Source: an uncultured Neglectibacter sp.
GTDB taxonomy: Bacteria; Bacillota; Clostridia; Oscillospirales; Acutalibacteraceae
Assembly: GCA_947647615.1 (NCBI GenBank)
Contig: CANSKS010000001.1
Span: 26,441-90,440, forward strand
Reading direction: 5' to 3'
DNA: 64,000 bases
The position numbers and the translations under genes were made by a program. Under the pieces are notes generated by a model. It had not been told where the DNA came from and searched no databases. It saw nothing but the letters and a program-made list of their open reading frames with translations. Each line of letters opens with the position of its first letter. Position 1 is the first letter of the stretch. This document shows, one piece after another, positions 10,101-18,145 of this stretch.

Positions 10101-12103
10101 TTCAAACGCCTTACCGCGGAGTTCAGGTTCTGGTCGGCGTCGATGAGGCACAGGTACACGTCATAGGAGGTGACCTCCTGCAAATTGCCGAAGGTGACGA
10201 ATTCCAGCACGTTCTTGGTGACGTCGCGGACGCCGTTGCCCAGGTTCCCTTCCAAGGAGCCGGTTTTAAAATCCATCACTGTGGGGGCTGTGCTGCCCTT
10301 TGGGAAAATGGCGTAATAGAGCTGGCAGGACTTGGTGGGCATCAGCTGCACCTGGCCGGAATCTTTCCGAATTTGCAGCATGCTGGGGTAGCCGGCCGCG
10401 AAGTTTGGCACTGTGTTGTCGGGGGTAGTGAACGCGGCTACCTTCACAGGGCTGCGCTGGCCGCGGTTATCTACCGCCACGGCGGAAATATAGTAAGAGC
10501 CGTCGGAAATAAGGCCGGTAAACCGGTTGCTGTATTCCGTGTTGGAGGCCGCCGCCGCGGTGTTGCCGCTGCGGATGATCTTCCCGGTGGCAGGGGGGTT
10601 CACAAGGTCGTCTTCATTTACGGAGCCGTCTGCCAAAGCGGTGATGGCCCAGTAGACAGTGGCCTGCTTGTTGGTGCTGTAAACGCCGTCCGCAGAGGTG
10701 GGGGCCACGTTCTTGGCCACAGGGTAGCCCGCCAGCAGGCGCGGGTCTTGAGAAGATTCCACCGCCTGGGCGGAATTCATGGTTTCTCCGGCAATATCGG
10801 CCGTGATGCCGGGCCGAATGGTAATGGTATCGGGCAGCATTTCTGTAGAGCAGCCGGGGGCGTTCACATTTAAGGAACCGATGTCGCCGCCGCCGGTAAC
10901 AATGGTGCCCACATCCAGGTTCATTTCTTTTACGTTGGCGCCTTCCTCGATGAGCACGGAAGAGCCGGTAGCCTTTTCATCGATAGTCACCTTCCGGGCC
11001 ACGCCCTGGGCAAAGGTGAGCAGGGAGCTGGGGCAGAAGTTTACAACTTCCTTAATATTGCCCGCTAAAGTGACGTTGGTTCCGGCTTCCCCATCCAGCT
11101 CTATGCGCTGCAGGCCGTAGCCGTCCTGGGTGACGTCTTCCAGGTAAGCGGGAGCGCGCACGTTGGTGAGGCCAATGATGGTGTCGCCTTCGGCCCGCAG
11201 GGTGACAAACTGGTTGGCCATGTTATCGACTACCATTTCTCCGGCCATGACGTTTCGCAGCACCACGCTGTTGCCGCCCTCATGGCTTTCGCCGCCGCCG
11301 CTTACAATAATTCTGCCCAGCACGGTAACGTTTTCCAACACCACCGAGCCAAGGCCCACGCCGCCGGTAATAAACAGGTCGCCGGCGATAACGGTGTTCT
11401 TTAGGGTGACCCCGGAGGTGCGAATGGTGACGGCCCCGTAAACGTCGCCCAGCTCCACTTCGCCCTGGTCGCGGATGAGGGTGCCTACGGCCCGCTGGAG
11501 CACGGCGGCCACTTCGCCCCGGGTGATGTTTTTACCGGGCCGGAAGCTGCCGTCGGGGTAACCGCCAATCACATTCATGAGGCAGGCTTCCCGAATGTAG
11601 CCCTTGCTCCAATCCTGGAAGGAATGGCTGTCGGTAAATTCCAGCACCTCGCCGGGACGGGTACGGTACATCATGGTACGGCCCAAAATGACCACCGCCT
11701 GCTCCCTGGTAAGGGGAGAGTTGGGAGAAGCCGTGGTGGCCGAGGTGCCTTTAAAATAGCCCGCGTTGAAGGCGATGTTAATATCGTCGTAATACCAGTC
11801 TCTGGGGCTCACATCGGTAAAGGGCATAGCGCCCGTTTCCGTATAGCCCAGGGCCCGGTTGATCATGGCCACGAACTCCGCCCGGGTCATGTTCCTGTCG
11901 GGGTTCAGGTTGCCGCTTTCGTCGCCCCGCATAACACCCCACTCCACCATTTGATCCAGGTAGGGCTGGGTCCAGGAAGCGGCCTTGGCAGCGGGTGTTT
12001 CCAGGAAAGGCAAGGCTCCAAAGGCCATTGCCAGCACCAGCAGCAGCGATAAAGCGCGCCTGGCAGCTTTTCGAATGGGGGATCTTCTTCTGGACATTTG
12101 CAT
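7154..12103 (-). CDS. Giant S-layer/cell-surface protein with three N-terminal SLH domains, a beta-helix-like region and many Fn3/Ig-like modules
   Basis: 1649 aa. Signal peptide ending 'AAKAASW'. SLH repeats 'YLDQMVEWGVMRGDESGN', 'FTDVSPRDWYYDDINIAF' and 'FTDSHSFQDWSKGYIREA'. Repetitive 'V.L.NV.V.G' stretch, then modules such as 'YDVYYVAKDTAGNYS'. Lies 21 nt upstream of the next SLH gene. Confidence 0.85.
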   Translation of the reverse strand: MQMSRRRSPIRKAARRALSLLLVLAMAFGALPFLETPAAKAASWTQPYLDQMVEWGVMRGDESGNLNPDRNMTRAEFVAMINRALGYTETGAMPFTDVSPRDWYYDDINIAFNAGYFKGTSATTASPNSPLTREQAVVILGRTMMYRTRPGEVLEFTDSHSFQDWSKGYIREACLMNVIGGYPDGSFRPGKNITRGEVAAVLQRAVGTLIRDQGEVELGDVYGAVTIRTSGVTLKNTVIAGDLFITGGVGLGSVVLENVTVLGRIIVSGGGESHEGGNSVVLRNVMAGEMVVDNMANQFVTLRAEGDTIIGLTNVRAPAYLEDVTQDGYGLQRIELDGEAGTNVTLAGNIKEVVNFCPSSLLTFAQGVARKVTIDEKATGSSVLIEEGANVKEMNLDVGTIVTGGGDIGSLNVNAPGCSTEMLPDTITIRPGITADIAGETMNSAQAVESSQDPRLLAGYPVAKNVAPTSADGVYSTNKQATVYWAITALADGSVNEDDLVNPPATGKIIRSGNTAAAASNTEYSNRFTGLISDGSYYISAVAVDNRGQRSPVKVAAFTTPDNTVPNFAAGYPSMLQIRKDSGQVQLMPTKSCQLYYAIFPKGSTAPTVMDFKTGSLEGNLGNGVRDVTKNVLEFVTFGNLQEVTSYDVYLCLIDADQNLNSAVRRLNFTTIDGTPPVFTQDPPLTTSIQVNSVGLETALNENGTIYWVAVKQGETYPTRMAGQTEPPALDSIAAKIQVENGSGNVVSSGTLNGVRANQPAKLNINRLQGQTGYDVYYVAKDTAGNYSDKVKKITIHTLDTVPPTATQEFTRTSDEEGTEPLADTNIRVIFDEAVQDSESGEIFYDLYQQIKNATGTEKDRLKVRLGELLRDNITLWDASSFPDKQVPVIKTGEAKPVGHWVNYDEVTIEMKDGKVICTFAYDEAVKLGSGNTYYFKLTNIADTSNNANVIRPNPTNLPKFTTVFAEVNLEGQGIAENDGPVDVRVDMSFAIHPTSTANVENTVSYDIYLWSTSNIEFDVYARQKVKDAKGNEVVDPMAEGLTADAHGWAKLGTFTHTTENGRKVGQSVGKANNKYPRLSSLKEDCTYEYVISINRIGTLTDWTTWSEEVTIDVGVPAGLSHVMSNWANSITEDNWNRALGLGLTGNGLVPVGDPKDFNVFCQFADTRVPQFDIPYPRFVEGDTFVTMDLMLDRPGTVYYALAPVDDPQTGRPVLGTVPSNNVGFKDWFDGLPADGTTLDPDEEQVSSPTSQFIFQGRFGNQRIKAGKVEVDTTVISERVEGLEASKDYVAYFVLKGEAQELSRVYCLKFKTGEAITPDIDLENASPSVIVDTFTTTSDGIKDITSEGYWILYARDKLDSAFTRAFKELIPTDKMTDFNNICGSGKTFPDDSKVLVIDALMTNYPGTNQSVFDRCIDPERASRYLEIIRVNTTTDLNENGELVRGTTRRVTCTKMQPGTSYYFIAAAKNVQGSVYAYKAISGITQPDRTPPEVESMTPTVDPYVKKLEPSDDATTAANMGKYIVPIASSKADPEAYVYKGQVSVRFSKPVYVLLDGGELTALDSAEIVKHWGTTGTYLGIKPVRVGREITFSYTGATEGSTVTFFTDGLISDANNNTQNKKLKLTFHLKKNGGMAGSAYTDPYWELTWE

Positions 12104-12130
12104 TTTTTGCTCCTTTCCTTTCGCGCTCCT

Positions 12131-12757
12131 TTACAGACGCGTTTCGGCGGGGCTTTTTTTGCCCCTGGTGTTTAGTTGCACAGAAAACACAGCTTCCCGC
12201 AGCATGATTTCCTGGTCGTGACAAAGATCAATAAATTTGGTAGCATATAAAAACATGTTTTCCTGAGCGGAAAGCCGCTGGCGGATGACCTGGCATTCCA
12301 CAATTAAAGGGTTCGTGGTAATGGGGATCACAATTTCCATTTGCTCCCGCTCCCGCAGCTCTTTTTCACAGAAAAAGGCAATGCCGCCGCAGCTTAAGTC
12401 AAGGGCCTTCACAGGCTGGCGGCCCTTCCAATCGCCGCTCAAGGGGTAAATGAAAGTTTCAAAGGACACTGGCATGCGCAGGTTCTGGCGAATCTCGCTG
12501 CCCAATATTTTTTGCCGCTTTAATTGAATGACATCTTCTCCCCGCCGCCGGATAACCTGCCCGGCTATGGTATGGGCTTTATCGGAAAGGCCCACCAGGC
12601 AAAGGATTTCGTGGCAGAGCACCTCCCCTACGGCCCCGTCCAGCACCCGTATGAGCACATCCGGCGCGTCGGGAGGGCTTTCCAGCACGCCTCTGGCAAT
12701 GGGAGTGTTGCGGCTGTCCAGCAAAAGATATTTTTCCTTTTGTGGCGCTTCCGGCAT
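12131..12757 (-). CDS. PilZ-domain c-di-GMP receptor (YcgR/MotI-like flagellar brake candidate)
   Basis: 208 aa. PilZ signature 'RQNLR' (RxxxR) followed by 'DLSCGGIAF' (D/NxSxxG). SD GGAAAGGAG lies 7 nt before the ATG. Confidence 0.8.
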   Translation of the reverse strand: MPEAPQKEKYLLLDSRNTPIARGVLESPPDAPDVLIRVLDGAVGEVLCHEILCLVGLSDKAHTIAGQVIRRRGEDVIQLKRQKILGSEIRQNLRMPVSFETFIYPLSGDWKGRQPVKALDLSCGGIAFFCEKELREREQMEIVIPITTNPLIVECQVIRQRLSAQENMFLYATKFIDLCHDQEIMLREAVFSVQLNTRGKKSPAETRL

Positions 12758-12802
12758 AAAAAATCTCCTTTCCGGCCCCAGCAGGGCCTTAGGCCTCGCC
12801 CT

Positions 12803-13171
12803 TTACGGGGCGGCTTCCTCCCGGACGGTCCCCTCTTCGGAAGAGGGCGCCTCGGAAAGAGCCTGTTCTCCTTGGGGTTGGCCCTTCCTGGCGCTTTTGC
12901 CCGTCTGCGGGTCAAACTGCAAAAAGTACACATAAATTTCTACAATGGCCTGGTAAAGCTCTTCCGGAATCTCCTGCCCCAGCTTCAGCTGGGTGAGCAC
13001 CGTGGCCAAGGAGTTGTCTTCATAAATGGGCACGCCGCTGTCGGCGGCTACCTCTACAATTTTTTCTGCCATATAACCCATGCCCGAGGCCACCACCACC
13101 GGCGCCCCGTCGCCGCTTCCATATTGCAGGGCCACCGCTTTGCGGGCCCCGGCTCCCTCAGACCTTGACAT
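12803..13171 (-). CDS. Soluble FlhB C-terminal-domain paralogue (YlqH / EscU-YscU-HrcU switch-domain family)
   Basis: 122 aa with no TM segments. 'KAVALQY..GAPVVVASGMG..A.KI...A...GVPIYED..LA......L..EIPEELYQAIVEI' matches, by eye, the post-NPTH part of the FlhB at 54262-55332. The NPTH cleavage site is absent. Confidence 0.8.
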   Translation of the reverse strand: MSRSEGAGARKAVALQYGSGDGAPVVVASGMGYMAEKIVEVAADSGVPIYEDNSLATVLTQLKLGQEIPEELYQAIVEIYVYFLQFDPQTGKSARKGQPQGEQALSEAPSSEEGTVREEAAP

Positions 13172-14594
13172 TTATGCTGTTCTTCCCTTCAAAAATTTTG
13201 GGGAACACCTCCGTAAGGGTTACGGGACGTTCCATTTTCCGGGCCACCACCCCTTTGGGCGTGAGGCCGTTGCGGGATAATATTTGGGAAATGCTGTCTT
13301 CTATTTGGCGGGAAAAAACCGCCACCTTTTCCGGGCAGGCTATTTGAATTTCCACGTCGCGGTCCTGGCTTTTCAGCACCACGTCGAACAAGCCCAGGGA
13401 TTGGATATCCATCTTGAACAGGAGCTTTACCGCGCCGCCCCGGCCGCTTTTCCCGTTTTCTTCTCCGTTTTCCGCGTCCGGGTCCACCCAAAGCTCGGAA
13501 AACATCATGCGGCCGTCCCATTCCATGGGAATAATATAATGGTTCACCGGCATATACACGCTTTCGTTGATGAGCATAGCGTTCATAAGCTGCTGGAAGG
13601 CCTGCTGTACCTGGGCGTCGCCCTCTCCCCGCAAGGCCCGGGCCGCCGCCGAAGCCAGCCTGTCGGCATATTGGGCCGCCACGGAGTCTTGCTGGAACTG
13701 GCTGCTCTTTAACAGGTTTAAAAGGGCTTTGTCGTCTACTGCCCCCAGCTGCTCCCGCAGGGTGCCAAAGCCCTTTAGGCGGTGAAAGGCCATCAACAGG
13801 TTTTCTTCGGAGCCGTTTTCGTACCTTGCCACATCCAGGGTGAGCAGGGACAAAATGCCCCGGGCGGTGCCCATGTCGTGGGTTTGCTCCACATATTCCG
13901 ACATGTGGGGAAACACCTGCTGGCGCAGAAGCTGCAGGTTTCCCTCCCTGTCGCCTGCGGCCATACCGTTTTGCAGCTGGGAAATCATGTCCTGTAAATG
14001 CTCGGCCCAGCTCCGGGGCATCGCTTCCGCCATACCCCGCATGTTCCGCATGATGTTCCCTTCTATGTGGCTGGTAGAAGAATAATCGATATAGCTTTTT
14101 AAAAACTGCAGAATGTCTGCCCGGACGCTTTCGGAGGCCGCTCCCGCATACGCATTTCGGAGGAGCGCGAACAGCGCTCCTCCAAAGCGTGTGCCAGCTT
14201 TCATATTACTGGTGAGAAAGGTGAGCAGCTGGCCCTGATCCATATGTAGCATTTGAAGGATCTCGGCCATTTCGCCCGCGATCCCTTCGCTCATGCCGGA
14301 AACCACCACCGTGCCTTCCCGGCTCGCAAAAAGTTCTGTTAAGGTACGCGCCATGCCCGGGTTTTCCCGCAGGCGCTGCAAAAAGGTTTGAAAATTGGAA
14401 TCGTACCGTATGCCCCCCGCCTGGCCTTGCAGGTCGCTGCCCTGTTGTTCGGTACGGCCGTCGGGACCGCTTACCCGGCTTGGGTCGGGAATGTTCTGTA
14501 TTTGGGTATTATTGGGAGAAACCGGAAGATTTCGGTTGGTTATGGCGCTGTCATGACCCGGTACCGGGTTTGTCGCCCCCAAAATTTCTGGCAT
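13158..14594 (-). CDS. FliK-like flagellar hook-length control protein candidate
   Basis: 478 aa with a Pro/Gln/Asn-rich N-terminus. The C-terminal 'VKLLFKMDIQSLGLFDVVLKSQDRDVEIQIACPEKVAVFSRQIEDSISQILSRNGL' resembles the FliK C-terminal (Flg_hook) domain pattern. Overlaps the FlhB-C paralogue gene by 14 nt. Confidence 0.5.
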   Translation of the reverse strand: MPEILGATNPVPGHDSAITNRNLPVSPNNTQIQNIPDPSRVSGPDGRTEQQGSDLQGQAGGIRYDSNFQTFLQRLRENPGMARTLTELFASREGTVVVSGMSEGIAGEMAEILQMLHMDQGQLLTFLTSNMKAGTRFGGALFALLRNAYAGAASESVRADILQFLKSYIDYSSTSHIEGNIMRNMRGMAEAMPRSWAEHLQDMISQLQNGMAAGDREGNLQLLRQQVFPHMSEYVEQTHDMGTARGILSLLTLDVARYENGSEENLLMAFHRLKGFGTLREQLGAVDDKALLNLLKSSQFQQDSVAAQYADRLASAAARALRGEGDAQVQQAFQQLMNAMLINESVYMPVNHYIIPMEWDGRMMFSELWVDPDAENGEENGKSGRGGAVKLLFKMDIQSLGLFDVVLKSQDRDVEIQIACPEKVAVFSRQIEDSISQILSRNGLTPKGVVARKMERPVTLTEVFPKIFEGKNSINVKV

Positions 14595-14629
14595 TTTTAC
14601 ACCTCACAGACAAAACTTGCATAAACTAC

Positions 14630-14657
14630 TTAATTTTCAATCATAGCCTGCCGATAA
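14630..14657 (+). promoter_or_regulatory. Sigma-28 (SigD/FliA)-type promoter candidate for the cheA operon
   Basis: TTAA (14630-14633), 16-nt spacer, GCCGATAA (14650-14657), 34 nt upstream of the cheA ATG. It has the same 'CTTAATTTTC...CTGCCGATA' layout as the site upstream of flgM. Confidence 0.5.
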
Positions 14658-14691
14658 TAAGAAAGATACTAAAAAACAAGGCGGTGTATTT

Positions 14692-16782
14692 ATGGGTAGT
14701 GGAAACGACATCTTAGATGCCTATATTTATGAGACTAACTCACTGCTCGAACAGCTGGAGACCATTTTGCTGGAGTCGGAAAAGACCAACGATTTCTCCC
14801 AGGAGAATATCAATGAGATCTTTCGTACCATGCACACCATCAAGGGCTCTTCCGCCATGATGGAGTTCGATACTTTGGCTACCGTGGCCCACCGAATCGA
14901 GGACATGTTCTTCCTGATCCGTGAAAACTCTTTGGACGTAGTCCCTCAGTCAGAGCGTTCTACCTTGTTCGACCTTCTGTTCCAGTCGATCGACTATTTC
15001 CGGGGTGAGGTAGAAAAAATTCAAGCCAACGAACCCCTTGACAAAGATATCGACAGCTTCCTGGAAAATATTAATAGGCTAATTGGTAAAATTAAGGGCG
15101 AGCAAGAGGAAAATACTTCCAGCGCGCCCGCTGCTGGAGCGTCCCCGGCAGCTCCTCCTGCAGAAGCTCCGGCGGCCGAGGCTTCCGCTCTTTCCGCCTC
15201 GGAAGGCGACAAGGATTTCCCTTACAGCCTGCAGGTGTTTTTCGACGAAGGCTGCGGCATGGAAAACCTGCGTTCCTTTATGCTGGTGGCCGCTATTCGT
15301 GATTTTTGCAGCGAGGCTGATTTCGCTTTTCTCCCTGCCGATGTGGAAACAAACCCCGAAACCGCCGAGGCGGTTGTGGAACACGGCTTCCTTTTGAAGT
15401 TTAAAACTGCTGCTCAGCGGGACCAGGCCATTCCCTCGGTGGCCTCGGCCGGTTCGGTGCAATCTTACCAAGCTCACGATTACACGCCTCCCGCCCCCAA
15501 GACAGCGGAAAAAGAGGGGCCCGCCCCGGCCACCCACGCGGAGTCCGCGGCTCCTGCGGCCCAGCCCGCCGCCAGCGCCGGCGGCGGCCAGCACCCTGCC
15601 AAAGAGAGCTTGATCAGCGTAAACCTGAGCAAGCTGGACCAGCTTGCCGCCGTGGTGGGCGAAATTGTCATCACCGAATCGATGGTTACCGCTTCTCCCG
15701 ATTTGAAAGGCCTGCATTTAGACAGCTTTACAAAATCGGCCCGGCAGCTGCGCAAGCTTACCGATGAGCTGCAGGATGTTTCCATGTCTTTGCGCATGGT
15801 GCCTGTTTCCGCCTCTTTCCAAAAAATGAACCGCATTGTCCGCGACATGTGCAAAAAGCTGAACAAGCGGGCGCGGCTGACCTTGATCGGGGAAAACACC
15901 GAGGTGGACAAGACCATTGTAGACAGCATTGGAGACCCCTTGATGCACATTATCCGCAACTCTATGGACCATGGTATTGAGGAGACAGAGGCTGCCCGCA
16001 TTGCCGCCGGGAAAGACCCGGAGGGTGAGATTATCCTTTCCGCCAGGGACACCGGCAGCGAGGTAATTATTGAAATCCAGGACGACGGCCAGGGCGTAAA
16101 TTATGACGCGGTTTTGAAAAAGGCCATTAAGAACGGCATTGCCTCTCCCGACGTAGAATATTCCCATAAAGAAATTCTAAACTTCCTAATGATGCCCGGC
16201 TTTTCCACCAATACCGAGGTCACCCAGTTCTCCGGCCGCGGCGTAGGTATGGATGTGGTAAAGCAGAACATAGAAGGCGTGGGAGGCACCGTGAGCATTT
16301 CCAGTGTGCCCGGCCAGGGCATGACTACCACGCTGAAGATTCCTCTGACCATGTCTATTATGGATGGCATGGAGGTTGCGGTGGGCGATTCCATTTTCAC
16401 CATTCCCATCAACAATATACGGCAAAGCTACAAGGTTTCTTCCGACAGCATTATTCACGATTCCACCAACGGTGAAATGTTTAAGTGCCTGGATAACTTC
16501 TATCCCATCATCCGTGCCAGAGATCTTTACCAGCTGGAAAAGGGCTTTACCGACATTGGAGACGGCATTTTGATGTGGCTGGAGTCCGGGGAATGTTCTT
16601 ACTGCCTGTTCGTTGACGAACTCATTGGCGAACAGCAGGTGGTGGTAAAGCAGCTGCCCGGGTACCTGAACAACTATAACATCAAAAACTATGGCATCAA
16701 CGGTTGTACCCTTTTGGGCGACGGCAGTATTAGCATTATTTTAGATGTGGCCAATCTTTACGCCGCAGCCCATGGCGTTTGA
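14692..16782 (+). CDS. cheA: Chemotaxis histidine kinase CheA
   Basis: Hpt 'HTIKGSSAMM', HATPase motifs 'HIIRNSMDHGIE', 'IQDDGQGV' and 'GRGVGMDVV', and a C-terminal CheW-like domain. Confidence 0.95.
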   Translation: MGSGNDILDAYIYETNSLLEQLETILLESEKTNDFSQENINEIFRTMHTIKGSSAMMEFDTLATVAHRIEDMFFLIRENSLDVVPQSERSTLFDLLFQSIDYFRGEVEKIQANEPLDKDIDSFLENINRLIGKIKGEQEENTSSAPAAGASPAAPPAEAPAAEASALSASEGDKDFPYSLQVFFDEGCGMENLRSFMLVAAIRDFCSEADFAFLPADVETNPETAEAVVEHGFLLKFKTAAQRDQAIPSVASAGSVQSYQAHDYTPPAPKTAEKEGPAPATHAESAAPAAQPAASAGGGQHPAKESLISVNLSKLDQLAAVVGEIVITESMVTASPDLKGLHLDSFTKSARQLRKLTDELQDVSMSLRMVPVSASFQKMNRIVRDMCKKLNKRARLTLIGENTEVDKTIVDSIGDPLMHIIRNSMDHGIEETEAARIAAGKDPEGEIILSARDTGSEVIIEIQDDGQGVNYDAVLKKAIKNGIASPDVEYSHKEILNFLMMPGFSTNTEVTQFSGRGVGMDVVKQNIEGVGGTVSISSVPGQGMTTTLKIPLTMSIMDGMEVAVGDSIFTIPINNIRQSYKVSSDSIIHDSTNGEMFKCLDNFYPIIRARDLYQLEKGFTDIGDGILMWLESGECSYCLFVDELIGEQQVVVKQLPGYLNNYNIKNYGINGCTLLGDGSISIILDVANLYAAAHGV

Positions 16783-16808
16783 GCTCAACGAGGAGGCATA
16801 CGAAACCT

Positions 16809-17297
16809 ATGAATGAAGAAAACCTGATGTTTGCCACGGAAGATATTCTCACGGCCTCCGCCGAACAGGCGGAAGAGCCCCTGGATGTGAAAAAGTATTT
16901 GATCTTCTTGACAGACGGCCTGAAAATGGGCGTAGACGCCGAGCAGGTGGTAGAGATCAATAACGACGCTGTGATCACCTACCTGCCCATGCTGCCCCAC
17001 TACATTAAAGGAATTGTGAACCTGCGCGGCGCCATGGTTCCCATTTTGGACATACGCCTGCGGCTTGGAAAGCCCTCCCAGGAAGACGATTTCCTAATTA
17101 TTGTTTTGAACCTGGACGGCACACAAATCGGCATTCTGGTGGATTCCGTAGACCAAATGGTGGATATTCCCAGAAATTCCATTTTGCCCATGCCTGCCCA
17201 TGCCAACCAGCAACTGGTTTCCGGCATGTGTTCTATGCCCGAAACCGGCGGCACGGTGCTTATCCTGGACTGTGCTCAGCTTTTGGCTCATGAGTAA
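16809..17297 (+). CDS. cheW: Chemotaxis coupling protein CheW
   Basis: CheW-like domain 'KYLIFLTDGLKMGVDAEQVVEI...IKGIVNLRGAMVPILDIR'. The ORF-track start at 16779 is a TTG without an SD. ATG 16809 follows AGGAGG (16791-16796). Confidence 0.9.
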   Translation: MNEENLMFATEDILTASAEQAEEPLDVKKYLIFLTDGLKMGVDAEQVVEINNDAVITYLPMLPHYIKGIVNLRGAMVPILDIRLRLGKPSQEDDFLIIVLNLDGTQIGILVDSVDQMVDIPRNSILPMPAHANQQLVSGMCSMPETGGTVLILDCAQLLAHE

Positions 17298-18129
17298 TAC
17301 CCAGGCAAGCGGCGATTCGCGCTTTTCGCCCCTGACAATCTCGGACGCCGACTTCACCCGGCTGGCAAAGTTCGTGCAGTCTACCTATGGGATAGATTTA
17401 TCCCAAAAACGTCAGTTGATCACCGGACGGCTTTCCTCTTCCATCCGGCAGCGCGGTTACACCAGTTTTTCAAGCTTTGTAGACAGCCTTTTGAAAAACA
17501 AAAACGAGGACGAGATCACGCTCCTGCTGAACAAGCTCACCACCAACTACACCTTTTTCATGCGGGAGGTAGACCATTTAGAGTATTTCCGAAAAACTAT
17601 TATTCCCGAGCTGGTGAGGCGGCATCAACGGGATAAGACGTTATCTATTTGGAGCGCCGGCTGCTCTACAGGAGAAGAGCCCTATAATATTTCCATGTAC
17701 CTGTTCGACTATTTGGGCCCTCAAGCCAACCAGTGGGATACCCGGCTTTTGGCCACGGATATTTCGGCCAGGGCTTTGACAGCCGCCCAAAAGGGCGTTT
17801 ACGAATTGCCCGATACCATTCCGCCGGATTGGAAAAAGAAATATTTTACTCCAACGGGGAACGGGCAGTTTGCTGTTGCGCCCGCCATAAAGAACAATGT
17901 TATTTTCCGCCCCTTTAACCTGATGGATCCCATCCAGTTCCGCCGGAAATTTGATGTGATCTTCTGCCGGAATGTGATGATTTATTTCGACCAGCCCACG
18001 AAAGATGCTCTGGTGCGCCGTTTTTACGATGCCACTGTGCCCGGCGGTTACCTTTTGATCAGCTATTCCGAAAATCTGAGCCAAAATTCGCCTTACCGGC
18101 GCCTGGCTCCCGCGACCTTTCAAAAGTAA
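17290..18129 (+). CDS. cheR: Chemotaxis methyltransferase CheR
   Basis: 'IWSAGCSTGEEPYN' SAM-binding motif and 'FDVIFCRNVMIYF'. ATG 17290 overlaps the cheW stop (ATGAGTAA). The upstream part of the ORF-track ORF overlaps cheW. Confidence 0.9.
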   Translation: MSNTQASGDSRFSPLTISDADFTRLAKFVQSTYGIDLSQKRQLITGRLSSSIRQRGYTSFSSFVDSLLKNKNEDEITLLLNKLTTNYTFFMREVDHLEYFRKTIIPELVRRHQRDKTLSIWSAGCSTGEEPYNISMYLFDYLGPQANQWDTRLLATDISARALTAAQKGVYELPDTIPPDWKKKYFTPTGNGQFAVAPAIKNNVIFRPFNLMDPIQFRRKFDVIFCRNVMIYFDQPTKDALVRRFYDATVPGGYLLISYSENLSQNSPYRRLAPATFQK

Positions 18130-18145
18130 GGGTGATTTTTGATTC

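Noticed and set aside
10034-11441. Plus-strand ORFs (279, 113 and 92 aa) opposite the 5' half of the 1649-aa SLH gene.
   Set aside because: They are antisense shadows in the GC-rich part of the gene. No motifs are present, and the sense frame has strong SLH and beta-helix signatures.
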